A stretch of 64,000 bases of DNA from the NCBI GenBank assembly GCA_001600695.1, contig BCKQ01000009.1, forward strand, positions 1 through 64,000. The letters run 5' to 3'. The translations under genes were made by a program, and so were the position numbers. The notes beneath the pieces were generated by a model. That model made no database searches. It saw only the letters and a program-made list of their open reading frames with translations, and was not told where the DNA came from. Below, piece by piece: positions 1-11,775 of the stretch (positions within the stretch are counted from its first letter, which is position 1; each line of letters opens with the position of its first letter). This DNA comes from Ascoidea asiatica JCM 7603. Lineage: Eukaryota; Fungi; Ascomycota.

Positions 1-95
1 CATCCAACATCAACTGTCATCCAACATCAACTGTCATCCAACATCAACTGTCATCCAACATCAACTGTCATCCAACACCAACTGTCATCCAACAT
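1..95. repeat. 17-bp tandem repeat (CATCCAACATCAACTGT)x~5.6, candidate telomeric array
   Basis: Four exact units at 1-68, one variant unit (CATCCAACACCAACTGT) at 69-85 and a partial unit at 86-95. The array runs off the window start with the C/A-rich strand 5'-terminal, as expected at a left chromosome end. The repeat itself is certain; the telomere interpretation is inference. Confidence 0.85.
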
Positions 96-1359
96 ATATA
101 AGGAATAAAAAGGTTAAATCAAGGAACAGCTCTATGTAATATATATTGATAAGTTATTTATTATTTAGGATGAATAGATATTATTATATTTCTTAATATT
201 CAAATTCAATCCAATAGTATAGTAAACCACAAACTTTTTAGTAAAATACAAATTTTAAAATGTCTAATTTAGAGGAGGGTAATTATCAATAATATGTAAG
301 TTTGTATCCTCGATTGGAAATGGGTATTATTAATTTACGAGACTCCCCAAGTTTTGAAACGGATTTGGTTTGTGACCCGAAATCCTTCTAACCCGAAACA
401 GGAATGGCTGAGGGAAATGTGTGCGCCCGTTGTACCCCAAAATAAAATCTCGGAAAATATTAAAAATTTAAATTCCGTTTCAAGAGGGACAAATAAAATA
501 TTGCCGTGAGATAATTATTGGTAAATTTTCGAACATTTTGGGGTGCTATTTAGTTTTTCTGCCAGTATAGCGCTTCACCAAAAACAACAACACAATTCTG
601 AATTAAAAAAAAGTCTTCAAGCAATTAAAATATTTCGAGGTAAAAACTGTTAAAGATAATGTATTGCTTTACCAACAAAAAAATAAAAAAAAATATAAAA
701 AAACTTAGCAAATTCATAATGCATAGGAATATAAAAAATAAAAGATGGAAGCCTTTCAAAGAAACAAAAAATATAATAAAATGGAAAAAATTGTAAAGTT
801 TTCTTAATACAATACTATCAATATCAAATTATTGGACGAATTATAAGTTAAATAAGTATAATTAACTAAAATCTGAATACAGAAAATTGATGAATGAATT
901 ATTCTATTTAATTCAATGATTTTAAAAAAAAAATTATTTAAATAAGTAAAATGATAGAATTATTTTCATGATCTTTATATTCATCAAATTTAATACGAGA
1001 TAAATTTCAGGTAGCATCTGGTATGTTATTTTCAACGGTAGCGTGAAACAAATGACAATTAAGAAAAGAATCTGAAATTGTTTCAAGCAAATTATCTTTA
1101 TTCTTGTTTTTTATGGATTTTTAGTCCTAGTATTCTTAGCAGTAGTAGGATAGGTATTATCTGCGTGAGACAAAGAACTATTTGGCTTTAAAGAAAAAAA
1201 TTAAAGGCTTTTACATTACAACTGGCTAGCTGATTAGCACGAAAGTTGTTTTTGGGAAAGGTTTTTTTTTATTAGAATTTGAAACTTCTTTCACTTTTAA
1301 AAGTATTTGTATTTTATTATCAAAATTTTAGTTAATGATAAAATGTAAAAAAGGAGAAT

Positions 1360-1643
1360 CATTATTTTGATTCTTATCTACAATACATTTTTACTTTTTA
1401 AATTGCCAGAATATAGGTCGTTAAAGATTTTTTTTCGAGATTATCTCATGTTATTAGATCGTTTTCAATTTTTATTGGGAGTTTTATTTTAAAAAAAACT
1501 TTATTAAATCAGAAGATGCAGACCTTACAACAAGATTAAAAGAAAATGAATATCGTAAAGGAGAATATTTTGCAGAATTAAACTCAGGAAATAAGAAAAA
1601 GGAATTGAGATTTAATACAATACCAGCTGTGTTTTTTGGTTAA
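1360..1643 (+). pseudogene. Decayed 3' fragment of an AGP2-like amino-acid permease (paralog of 40227-41903)
   Basis: 1500-1643 reads FIKSEDADLTTRLKENEYRKGEYFAELNSGNKKKELRFNTIPAVFFG*, against the intact permease C-terminus FIKPEDADLTTGLEEIEKHEAEYFAELKSENKKKVSRFNRILDMLFG*. Upstream frameshifted pieces (IFTF, LP, VVKDF, DYLML, IFIG) also match. Confidence 0.85.
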
Positions 1644-2331
1644 TATATATTTCTAACCTTTTTCTCTTTCACCTTTTAACAGTTTAATTTTTTTTGCTTT
1701 TTCTCTTTTTTACTTTTTCTGCAAAAAGTTTGATTCATATATTTTTGAGTATTTACATCTAATTTTATATTTTATATTTTATATCTATCGTTAATATTTA
1801 TATTAAAACATATAATTAGGATAAATTTTCGTTTTCTCAATAATTAATTTGTATCATCTGTAACTGAAGTCGTAGTACATTTTTTTTTTATATCGATACT
1901 CTCTAAACAAAGATGGTCTCGATCCCAGGACCATCATTCTGGAATCTCTTTTACAGAAAAGTAACTGCCGCTTGCACATCCACACCCATTGGTTTATCAT
2001 TTTGAATGTGGCAAACAATTGTGGCAAGAGCCCGCGTTACTACAATAAAAATAGTCACCTGCCTCGAGCGAGTTTAGCAAGAACGGCAATAACAACTGAA
2101 TCTGAGAATTAAACCTCAAATTCAGGCTTTTTTCCAGTCTTTAGCCAGTCTTTTCCAGGTCGAAATAGAAATAAAGAGGAGTGGAAAGCATCCAGCTACA
2201 ACCCTCAAGAGACAATCAGACAATCAGAAAAACAGACAATCTAATCACACAGACACCAGATAAACAAACACAGACCAGACACAAACCAGACCAGACACAA
2301 ACCAGACCATTGCAAACTGCCACTCCCAACA

Positions 2332-5300
2332 ATGACCACCTCCAACTCACTTTCAGATAAAAGTGCTCTTTCAACTCGGCTAGTCCGACCACAGCAGCAG
2401 CAGCAGCAGCAACATCATCCTCAACAAATACAGCAAGTACAACATCAGTCTTCAACTGTTCCTCATAGTCAAGCTGCGACCAGTGCCAATTCATTGTCTA
2501 GATCCAATGATACCTCCAAGATATCTGCAAATACAGTGAATAGATCTCAAAATAGTAATCAAACCACCATTAACAATAGCAATAATAATATAAACAACCA
2601 TAATGTTAATGATAATAAAAATCCCAATCCTGCTAGAAACTTATTGAATAATAGTACTTTTATTGATAGTATTGCAAAAAATTTAACTGGTAATAAACTA
2701 TCTGATGATAATTATTTAAGATTATTAAAAGAACAATTATTACAAAGTGATTTAAAATTTTCTTTAAATGATATTAATTTCTTAAATCAACAAATTATTA
2801 AAAGTTTTCAAAGAAATATTAAATTCAATAATAATACTAATAATATCAATAATATCAATCATATGCAACCCATAAAACAAAAACCAATAAATAAACCAGT
2901 AAATAAACCAAGTCAAAAACAAATTCAAAAACCTATTCATAAACCTATTCATAAACCTAATTTAATTCAAAAACCTTTACCTTCAATTCCATATCCTATA
3001 TCTCCTGATGAAATTCATACTTTATTATTAGAATATCAAAATCTATATACTATTATTCAAAAAAATATTCATCCAAATTCTCAAAATTCTTTAAAACTAA
3101 AAGCGTATGAAAACTTGTTCTTAAATTTATCAAATAATCATTTATATTATATTTATATTCAAAAATTTTTAAACAATTTATATTCAAATAGTATAGATAA
3201 TAATAATACTCAAAATAATAGTATTGATATAAATTTATTAAAATCTCAAATAATTTCTTTTCAATTATTATCTTATGATTTAGATTTACCTTTCAGTTTA
3301 ATTAATTCTTTAAATAATAATAATAATAAAACTAATAATAACATAAAGAACAATAATTATGATAATAGTGAAAAAATTGATTTAAATAAAGTAGTCTTAA
3401 ATCATGATATTTTATCTGATTTTGAAAAACGTGCTTATATAATCTCTAATATAAATAATGAAAATTCTATTCAAAATTTAAAGAATTTGAATAGTTTGAA
3501 TAACTTAAATTCAAAATACTCTGAGTTAAAAATCAACAATAAAATTAACGAAAGGATTTCTGAATTAGAAAATCTTCCTTCAAATTTATCTACTTTGAAT
3601 TTCAATGATTTATTGATCTCTAATTTATCAAATAATAAAAATTCTTTAAAGAAAATTGATGATCTAAAGAAAAAAGCTTTAATTGAATTAAAATCTTTGA
3701 AATTATTATCAAAACAAAAATCTATCAAAAATAAATTATTATCAATTATAGCTACAAATGAAAAATTAATTCCTTACCCACAAGATAGTGTATATACATT
3801 GAAAAGTAAATTCAATTTAACTCTATCAAATTCAATTTACAGAGAAAGATTTTTAAAAGTAAAAATTCCAGCTCCTCAAACCGCACGATTTGCTGAACAA
3901 TTAGAAGAAAAACAAAGGAAAGAAAAACAACAACTTGAATATTCTTTAAGATTAAGAAAAATAAGTAAAACTTTAGTTAATATTGATGGAATTTTAATTA
4001 AAAGATCAAAAAAAGAGCCAAAAAGATTATCAATGATTAAAACTTTCAATCAATTTCATTCTCAAACTGAAAAAGATGAATCAAGAAAAACCGAAAAAAA
4101 TGCCAGAGAAAGATTAAAAGCTTTAAAAGCAAATGATGAAGAAGCTTATTTAAAATTATTAAATCAAACAAAAGATACAAGAATTACCCATTTATTAAAA
4201 CAAACAAATTCTTTTTTAGATACTTTAGCTCAAGCTGTTAAAGTTCAACAAAATGAATCAAAAATAAAACATGATACTATTTCTGAATCTATATCTGATC
4301 ATGAATTAGAACAAGAGATGAATGAAGTTAAAGAAAATGATAATGATGAAGATAAAGGTGAGAATGAATATTATAAAGTTGCTCATAAAGTTAAAGAAAA
4401 AGTTACTAAACAGCCAACTATGCTTATTGGTGGAACTTTAAAAGAATATCAAGTTAAAGGTTTAGAATGGATGGTTTCTTTGTTTAATAATCATCTTAAT
4501 GGTATTTTAGCAGATGAAATGGGTCTTGGTAAAACAATTCAATCAATTTCATTAATTGCTTATCTAATTGAATCAAAAAAACAACCAGGGCCTTATTTAG
4601 TTTTAGTTCCTTTATCAACTATAACTAATTGGACTTTAGAATTCGAGAAATGGGCTCCAAATATCAAAAAAATTGTTTATAAAGGTACTCCACCACAAAG
4701 AAAATTATTACAACATCAAATTAGAATGGGTAATTTTCAAGTTTTATTGACTACTTATGAATACGTTATTAAAGATAAAGCATTGTTATCAAAATTTGAT
4801 TGGGTTCATATGATTATAGATGAAGGTCATAGAATGAAGAATGCTCAATCAAAATTATCTTTCACTTTAACTCATTACTATAAAACTAGAAATAGACTTA
4901 TTTTAACAGGAACTCCTTTACAAAATAATTTACCGGAATTATGGGCTCTTTTAAATTTCGTTTTGCCTAAAATCTTCAATTCTGTTAAAACCTTTGATGA
5001 ATGGTTCAATACTCCTTTTGCTAATACAGGCTCCCAAGATAAAATGGAATTAACTGAAGAAGAAACTTTATTAGTTATAAGAAGATTACATAAAGTTCTT
5101 AGACCCTTTTTATTGAGAAGATTAAAAAAAGATGTTGAAAAGGACTTACCCGATAAAGTTGAAAAAGTTGTTAAGTGTAAATTATCCGCTTTACAGGAAA
5201 GTTTGTATCAGCAAATATTGAAATATAATGCATTAGTTATTGGTGATGATTCTAAAGGAAATCATAAAGCTGGAATTAAGGGACTCAATAATAAAGTTAT

Positions 5301-6972
5301 GCAATTGAGAAAAATTTGTAATCATCCATTTGTTTTTGAAGAAGTTGAAAACGTTGTTAATCCAGCTCGTGTTAATAATAATATGCTTTGGAGAACAGCT
5401 GGAAAATTTGAATTATTGGATAGACTTTTACCTAAGTTAAAAGCAAGTAATCATAAGGTTTTGATATTTTTTCAAATGACTCAAGTTATGGATATTATGG
5501 AAGATTATCTTAGATTAAAAGATTTAAGTTACCTCCGATTAGATGGATCTACCAAAGCTGATGATAGGCAAGTTATGTTAAAATCATTTAACAGACCAGA
5601 CTCAGGATATTTTGCATTTTTACTTTCCACAAGAGCTGGTGGATTAGGTTTAAATCTTCAAAGTGCAGACACTGTTATTATTTTTGATACCGATTGGAAT
5701 CCGCATCAAGATTTACAGGCTCAAGATAGAGCCCATAGAATTGGTCAAAAAAATGAGGTAAGAATTTTAAGATTAATTACTACGGGCTCGGTGGAGGAGG
5801 CAATCTTAAAGCGTGCACATCAAAAATTGGATATAGATGGAAAAGTTATCCAAGCTGGAAAATTTGATAATAAATCTACGGCTGAAGAACAGGAAGCATA
5901 TTTGAGGCGTCTATTAGAAAGTGAAGAGATGAAGAAAAATGGTGAATTCGAAGAGGATGAGGATCTAGATGATGATGAGTTAAATGAAGTTTTAGCAAGA
6001 AGTGAAGAGGAAAAGGTCTTGTTCAATCAAATGGATATAGAGAGGATTACTTCGGCAAAGATAGAGGCTAGAGAGAATAATGATGGTGTGATAATACCTA
6101 GATTAATGGTAAAGGAAGAACTACCTTTAGTATTGACTGAGAAATATGTCTCGATTCAATTGAAGCCAAAAAAAGAAGTCATTGGAAGAATTAGACAAAG
6201 AAAAGATGTTATTTATGATGACGGTTTAACCGAAGCTCAATTTCTAGCTGCTATTGATGATGACGAGGGTGAGCCTTTGGAAGAGGTAGTCAAAAAGAAG
6301 CAAGAATCACTAGAGAAACGAAGAAACAAAAGAATTCATAGACTTGAAGAACTGAATAAAGAAGTCGAAGAAGCGAATAATATGGAGCACGATGGTGATT
6401 TTGAAATTGATGCTCAAGTTAAAAAGGTCGAACCTGAAAGTCCGATTATGAAGGAACTATTTCAAAATGGAAAGAAAAGGGCTAGAAGGTCTACACGAAA
6501 TAGTACGCCGCCTTCTATTGACGGAAACATTGTTAACTCTCAGGAGTCAGACTCAAATATACTTACAAGAAAAGGAAGAAAGCGAAGAAGAGTGTCTAAA
6601 AAGGGCATTCCCGTAGTAAAAGAAGAAGATTCAATTGTTAATGTTAATATAAAAGCACTGGCCCTTCTAAAAGAGATCAAGAGGCTTACATCGAAAGTTG
6701 ATAACCATCAAAGAGCAGAATTATTTCTTGAGCTACCTTCGAAAGACTTATATCCTGATTATTACACCATTATCAAGAAGCCAATAAGCATCAAAGAGCT
6801 CGAGGAAAACATTGATAATCGCTTATATTCTACTTTTGAGGATTTTATAGAAGATTTGAAGCTAATGCTATTGAATGCTAAAACCTATAATGAACCTGAT
6901 TCCTTGGTATTTGAAGATGCTGAAATGATGGAGGAGTTTGCTGATAAAAAGATTTTAGAAATAGGTAACTAA
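2332..6972 (+). CDS. STH1: RSC chromatin-remodelling ATPase (SNF2 family: HSA, helicase, SnAC, bromodomain)
   Basis: Motifs LADEMGLGKT, DEGH, TGTPLQN and QAQDRAHRIGQ, plus a C-terminal bromodomain (YPDYY..IKKP). LSTITNWTLEFEKWAP fits Sth1 better than Snf2. Long Q/N-rich N-terminus. Confidence 0.9.
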   Translation: MTTSNSLSDKSALSTRLVRPQQQQQQQHHPQQIQQVQHQSSTVPHSQAATSANSLSRSNDTSKISANTVNRSQNSNQTTINNSNNNINNHNVNDNKNPNPARNLLNNSTFIDSIAKNLTGNKLSDDNYLRLLKEQLLQSDLKFSLNDINFLNQQIIKSFQRNIKFNNNTNNINNINHMQPIKQKPINKPVNKPSQKQIQKPIHKPIHKPNLIQKPLPSIPYPISPDEIHTLLLEYQNLYTIIQKNIHPNSQNSLKLKAYENLFLNLSNNHLYYIYIQKFLNNLYSNSIDNNNTQNNSIDINLLKSQIISFQLLSYDLDLPFSLINSLNNNNNKTNNNIKNNNYDNSEKIDLNKVVLNHDILSDFEKRAYIISNINNENSIQNLKNLNSLNNLNSKYSELKINNKINERISELENLPSNLSTLNFNDLLISNLSNNKNSLKKIDDLKKKALIELKSLKLLSKQKSIKNKLLSIIATNEKLIPYPQDSVYTLKSKFNLTLSNSIYRERFLKVKIPAPQTARFAEQLEEKQRKEKQQLEYSLRLRKISKTLVNIDGILIKRSKKEPKRLSMIKTFNQFHSQTEKDESRKTEKNARERLKALKANDEEAYLKLLNQTKDTRITHLLKQTNSFLDTLAQAVKVQQNESKIKHDTISESISDHELEQEMNEVKENDNDEDKGENEYYKVAHKVKEKVTKQPTMLIGGTLKEYQVKGLEWMVSLFNNHLNGILADEMGLGKTIQSISLIAYLIESKKQPGPYLVLVPLSTITNWTLEFEKWAPNIKKIVYKGTPPQRKLLQHQIRMGNFQVLLTTYEYVIKDKALLSKFDWVHMIIDEGHRMKNAQSKLSFTLTHYYKTRNRLILTGTPLQNNLPELWALLNFVLPKIFNSVKTFDEWFNTPFANTGSQDKMELTEEETLLVIRRLHKVLRPFLLRRLKKDVEKDLPDKVEKVVKCKLSALQESLYQQILKYNALVIGDDSKGNHKAGIKGLNNKVMQLRKICNHPFVFEEVENVVNPARVNNNMLWRTAGKFELLDRLLPKLKASNHKVLIFFQMTQVMDIMEDYLRLKDLSYLRLDGSTKADDRQVMLKSFNRPDSGYFAFLLSTRAGGLGLNLQSADTVIIFDTDWNPHQDLQAQDRAHRIGQKNEVRILRLITTGSVEEAILKRAHQKLDIDGKVIQAGKFDNKSTAEEQEAYLRRLLESEEMKKNGEFEEDEDLDDDELNEVLARSEEEKVLFNQMDIERITSAKIEARENNDGVIIPRLMVKEELPLVLTEKYVSIQLKPKKEVIGRIRQRKDVIYDDGLTEAQFLAAIDDDEGEPLEEVVKKKQESLEKRRNKRIHRLEELNKEVEEANNMEHDGDFEIDAQVKKVEPESPIMKELFQNGKKRARRSTRNSTPPSIDGNIVNSQESDSNILTRKGRKRRRVSKKGIPVVKEEDSIVNVNIKALALLKEIKRLTSKVDNHQRAELFLELPSKDLYPDYYTIIKKPISIKELEENIDNRLYSTFEDFIEDLKLMLLNAKTYNEPDSLVFEDAEMMEEFADKKILEIGN

Positions 6973-7202
6973 AGATGAGAATCAAAATAGTTTTGCATTA
7001 TTCTTAAGTATTTTTATGATGTACAATAATATGTATGATAGATAGTATGGGGTAAATGAAAATATATATTTATAAAGACTACTTACTGTATACAAACTAA
7101 TTTCTACTTTAAAACTTCTAAGTATTTGGTTTCTAACTATTTTACTTATGCTGGTGTTTTTTTTATAAAAATTTCAATAATAAAAAAAAATAAAAAATAA
7201 AT

Positions 7203-9407
7203 TTATAAAACATTGTCATTTCTCTTTTCTTCTTTCAATTTTAACAATTTAGGAATAACATCTTCTAAAGAAATCATTTCATTTTTTGATTGTAGATCTT
7301 GAATGTCACGATTTCTAATATTGACTGCATTTGCTTCTTGTTCTTGTTCACCAACAATGAAAATGAAATTATACTTTAACATTTGACCACTTCTTATTTT
7401 TTTCTGTAAAGTGTTACCAGATAAATCAACATCAGCCCAATAGTTAAGGTCTATTTTCAATTTTTGTTGAACTTTTTGAGCATAATCAAAATATTTTACT
7501 CCAACAGGAACAACTAAAATTTGTCTTGGAGATAACCAAAAAGGCCATTTTCCTGCAAAATGTTCAGTTAAAACAGCAGTCATTCTTTCAATAGAACCAT
7601 ATATTGCTCTATGAATCATTACTGGTCTTGCCATTTTTCCAGAACCATCATCTCTATATTCTAAACCAAATCTATTAGGTAATTGAAAATCTAATTGAAT
7701 TGTTGCACATTGATGCCATCTTCTTAAGGCGTCAGAAATCATAATATCAATTTTTGGACCATAAAAAGCTCCATCACCTTCATTAATTTCCCAATTACCA
7801 CCCCAAGCATTTAAACTTTTAGCTAATTTAGCTTCAGCGTTATTCCAAGTTTCAATTTCACCAACATATTTTTCAGGTCTTGTTGATAATTCCATTTTAA
7901 ATTCAAAACCAAAAATCCCATAAATATATTGAAGAAAATCGAAAATATTTGAAATTTCACTACCAATTTGATCTTCAGTACAAAATATATGAGCATCATC
8001 TTGTTGAAATCTTCTAACTCTTGTTAAACCGGATAGAGCACCGGAAAATTCATTTCTATGAATTACACCAAAATCTGCAACTCTCCAAGGTAATTCACGA
8101 TAAGATCTTTCTCTTGATTTAAACATAAGACAATGACCAGGACAATTCATTGGCTTTAAACCAAAATGTTCTTTTTCAACATCGAAAGTAAACATATTTT
8201 CTTTATAATTACCCCAATGACCAGAAATTTCCCATAATTTTGAATTAAACATATTTGGAGTAATAACTTCTTCATAACCTCTTTTAATATATTGAGATCT
8301 TAATAATTGAAGTAAAGTATTATAAATTCTAGTACCATGAGGTAACCAAAAACATGAACCTGGGGACATTTCATTAAACATAAATAATTCTTGTTCTTTA
8401 CCAATTTTTCTATGATCTCGTGAAGCAGCTTCAGCTAAAAATTTTAAATGAGAATCCATTAATTTTTTATCAGGAAATGAAATACCATAAATACGTTGTA
8501 AAGAATCATTATTTGAATCACCAAGAAAATAACAAGAAGAATTTTTTAATAACTTGAAAGCTTTAATTTTACCAGTATGAGGGATATGAGGACCTATACA
8601 TAAATCAATTAATGGACCACATCTATAAACAGTTGTTGAAGAGCCATCAGGAACTTTAGTTTGAACTAAATAAGTTTTATATTTTGAATAACTAAACATT
8701 TTTAATAAATTTTCTTTTGATATTACTAATCTTTCAAATTTTTGTTTTTGTTTAATAACATTTTTAGCAAATGATTCTAAGACGGGAAAATCAGATTGAG
8801 AAACTGCATTTTTTTCATTATTATTTAAAGAAAATTCATAAAAAAAACCATCTTTAGTTGGAGGACCTAAACAAATTAAAGCACCAAGATTACATTCACA
8901 AGATTCACCAAGTACATGAGCAGAAGAATGCCAGAATACTTTTTTACCTTCATCAGAATCAAAATCATAAAAACTTAAACTACAAGAAAATTCAAAAGGT
9001 CTTTCTAAATCCCATAATTGACCATTAACTTTTGAAATACATTGTCTTTCAGAAAAAGATTTTCCAATTGATTTAGCAATATCCATAGGAGTTGATTCCC
9101 AAGAAATAGCATCTTTTATTGTACCATCTTTTAAAGTAATTTGAATATTTTCATGATTTTTTGAAGAAACTTCATCATCATATTCTTTTTTTAACTGATC
9201 AAATAATTGAATTCTTGAATCAATAAATTCAGGTTGTGGATCAATAAATAAATTATTTCTTTGATTATTATTGGATTTAGATTTGGATTTGGATTTTGTA
9301 TTTGTATTTGTTTTTTTTTCAGTGATATTTAAATTATCAAGTTTTTCATTGAGTTTTTCTTCAATTTTTTGGTCAATTGGTTGATCGACTGGACAATCTG
9401 AACACAT
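7203..9407 (-). CDS. THS1: Cytosolic threonyl-tRNA synthetase
   Basis: TGS domain, editing motifs WHSSAH and [40 protein letters not shown] and anticodon-binding domain. Confidence 0.97.
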   Translation of the reverse strand: MCSDCPVDQPIDQKIEEKLNEKLDNLNITEKKTNTNTKSKSKSKSNNNQRNNLFIDPQPEFIDSRIQLFDQLKKEYDDEVSSKNHENIQITLKDGTIKDAISWESTPMDIAKSIGKSFSERQCISKVNGQLWDLERPFEFSCSLSFYDFDSDEGKKVFWHSSAHVLGESCECNLGALICLGPPTKDGFFYEFSLNNNEKNAVSQSDFPVLESFAKNVIKQKQKFERLVISKENLLKMFSYSKYKTYLVQTKVPDGSSTTVYRCGPLIDLCIGPHIPHTGKIKAFKLLKNSSCYFLGDSNNDSLQRIYGISFPDKKLMDSHLKFLAEAASRDHRKIGKEQELFMFNEMSPGSCFWLPHGTRIYNTLLQLLRSQYIKRGYEEVITPNMFNSKLWEISGHWGNYKENMFTFDVEKEHFGLKPMNCPGHCLMFKSRERSYRELPWRVADFGVIHRNEFSGALSGLTRVRRFQQDDAHIFCTEDQIGSEISNIFDFLQYIYGIFGFEFKMELSTRPEKYVGEIETWNNAEAKLAKSLNAWGGNWEINEGDGAFYGPKIDIMISDALRRWHQCATIQLDFQLPNRFGLEYRDDGSGKMARPVMIHRAIYGSIERMTAVLTEHFAGKWPFWLSPRQILVVPVGVKYFDYAQKVQQKLKIDLNYWADVDLSGNTLQKKIRSGQMLKYNFIFIVGEQEQEANAVNIRNRDIQDLQSKNEMISLEDVIPKLLKLKEEKRNDNVL

Positions 9408-9791
9408 TTTTCAGATGATTGAATATATATATATACTTTATATACTTATATAATTATATATTGGATATATTGTATAGATAAAAAGAGTTGGAAGTTTAAT
9501 AGTAATGAGTAATTAAAGATTGTTAATTGATAAATTATGGTTGAATTGGAGTGGAAATTGTGGAATAAGATTGTTAATAAATAAAAAAATTGAAAATATT
9601 TAAATTTATTGAAGTGAATAAATTAAAAATAATTGAGTTGATTGAGATAACGTAGTTTGTTACGTATCAATTGACCACCACTTGATAAAATTTTGGGGAA
9701 AGGCGCCCCAGAAACGCCACTGAGAGTCCCTTCAGTGATATTTTTTCTAGTGTAAACTTAGACTCACCAGAATTGAGCGTGGCGAAGTTAA

Positions 9792-9798
9792 TGAGTCA
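9792..9798. promoter_or_regulatory. Gcn4/AP-1 element TGAGTCA upstream of THS1
   Basis: Perfect TGA(C/G)TCA about 385 bp upstream of the THS1 ATG, inside a GC-rich island. Aminoacyl-tRNA synthetases are typical Gcn4 targets. Confidence 0.5.
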
Positions 9799-10435
9799 CC
9801 ATGTAAAAATATCAAGATAAAAGAAAGTCCGTAAGTTTGGCGACTTTAATGCACATGAACTAAATTTTAGTTTCAGTCATCTGACAAGCGAGAACGGACA
9901 ATTTGTTGCAATATGTAGGACAGTGAACTTCAACGACACTTACCACCTGGATAAGTGAAAAATGGCAAAGCTGTTGCGCGAATGTTTTGAATGTTGCTTT
10001 TCGTGTTGTTTTGCTGTTTATTTTTTTTCGTGTTGGTTTGGCAGTTGTTTCTTTCTTGTCTCTGCCTCTGACGCCGGCGCCTGAGAGAGTCGCGCCCTGA
10101 CTTGAACACGTGCCTTAGCCTGAGGAAAAGAGACGACTTCCTCCTCGTTTGTCGATTTTCGTTGCATCCTCAGTTCTTTTGAGATTTTTTTCTGTTCTTT
10201 TTTTATTATTTTCTGATTTCTTCTGTTCTTCTGCAACCAACGCTTTTCAAACAAATCCACAGAATCCTCTAAAAGCTTATCAAAACAATCTCAACTGCAA
10301 CTGCCTTCCCAAAGCCTTATCTCATTGGTTATTATTCTTTGTTATTGCTTATTTATTATTCATTAATTCTTTAATACTTTTTTCACTTATTTTCTTATTT
10401 TCTCATCTCATAGTAATTTCCTGTTTATCTCTAAA

Positions 10436-11335
10436 ATGAATTCCAATACTCAAATTCTTAGTCAAAATAGCTCCCCTATGATTCATAATAATCTAAATAA
10501 TAATTTAAATAATAATGTCAATAACAATATCAATATCAATAATAACTTAAATAATGCTCCAAATCTTTCAAATAATTCAATCACCTCGAATCCAGAAATT
10601 ATCAGAAATTTAGATTTACAAAAACAAAGAGTTAAATTTTTACTAGAAATCAATACTTTATTAATCTATCAATCTCAAATTATTTTAGTTCAAAAATCAA
10701 AATTACAGTCTCAATTACAATCTCAATCTCAACCACAACCACAACCACAGTCTCAATTACAATTACAGAATAAAAATCTAGATGACTTATTGCAACATTT
10801 TCTTAAAAGAATTCATTCAAATCTTCAATGTATCAATGAATTATCAGAATTCTTGAAATCTATATTATCAAACTCTACTAATAATATTAATAATATCAAT
10901 AATATAATTAATAATTTCAAAAAATTGAATATATTTCCTTCAATTTTATTACCTCCTCCTTATGCAAGTAATGATTTGAATCAAAGATATTTAATTTTAC
11001 AAAAATTGTTCCCTGAAGCTTTACAACTTTTGAAAAGGCATGCTTTATCTTATCAAAAACAAATTCAACAACAGCAACAACAACAACAAAATTCAATCAA
11101 ATCTCCAATAGTTAAAAATCAATCCATGAATCAATCTATGAATCAAACAATAACCTCAAGTAATAATAATGATAACAATAATAATAATAATTTATTAAAT
11201 AGAGCTGCTCAATTAAGAATGTTCAATATTCAACAACAACAACAGCGACAGAATAATCAATATCAAAATTCAAATCAAAATAATTTAAACGCTAATAGAA
11301 ATTTGAACGCCAAAAATAATTTAAACTCCAATTAA
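10436..11335 (+). CDS. SNF11: SWI/SNF subunit Snf11 (SS18/SSXT-like) with N/Q-rich extensions
   Basis: LLEINTLL...FLKRIHSNLQCI...ILLPPP...YLILQKLF resembles Snf11 (LLHINSIL...FLKRVHANLQCI). It is adjacent to IPT1, as in S. cerevisiae. Confidence 0.8.
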   Translation: MNSNTQILSQNSSPMIHNNLNNNLNNNVNNNININNNLNNAPNLSNNSITSNPEIIRNLDLQKQRVKFLLEINTLLIYQSQIILVQKSKLQSQLQSQSQPQPQPQSQLQLQNKNLDDLLQHFLKRIHSNLQCINELSEFLKSILSNSTNNINNINNIINNFKKLNIFPSILLPPPYASNDLNQRYLILQKLFPEALQLLKRHALSYQKQIQQQQQQQQNSIKSPIVKNQSMNQSMNQTITSSNNNDNNNNNNLLNRAAQLRMFNIQQQQQRQNNQYQNSNQNNLNANRNLNAKNNLNSN

Positions 11336-11775
11336 ACTACTTTTTTTATTTAATATTTTTTTTTCTATATTCCTTCTATATTAATTTTACATATTGTACA
11401 ATATACATGAACAAAAAAAGTGAGTTTGTGAATTGTATTTGATACATTTTACATTTATTTCTATAATGTACTTATTTGTTTTTTATTCTTTTTAGCTAAA
11501 CTAAGTTATATTATAATAAAATGAAGACAACTTTTCAAAAAGGACAAATGTCAAAATATAAAACATAAAAGAAAAATGATAGTAGATGAATAAAAACTTA
11601 AATAAACAATGAAAATGAAAAACGAATTTGAAAAATGAATTTGAAAAATCAAACAAAAACATGATATTGAAATGAATTTTTTGTTTTTTATCAATAAATG
11701 ACAAAGATGAAATGATTTTATTACTTATATAATAAAAAGAGAAAATTAATATTAAATTTTGATTTTTAACTATTT

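Noticed and set aside
1-95. CRISPR-like array
   Set aside because: Units are contiguous with no spacers, and the context is eukaryotic.
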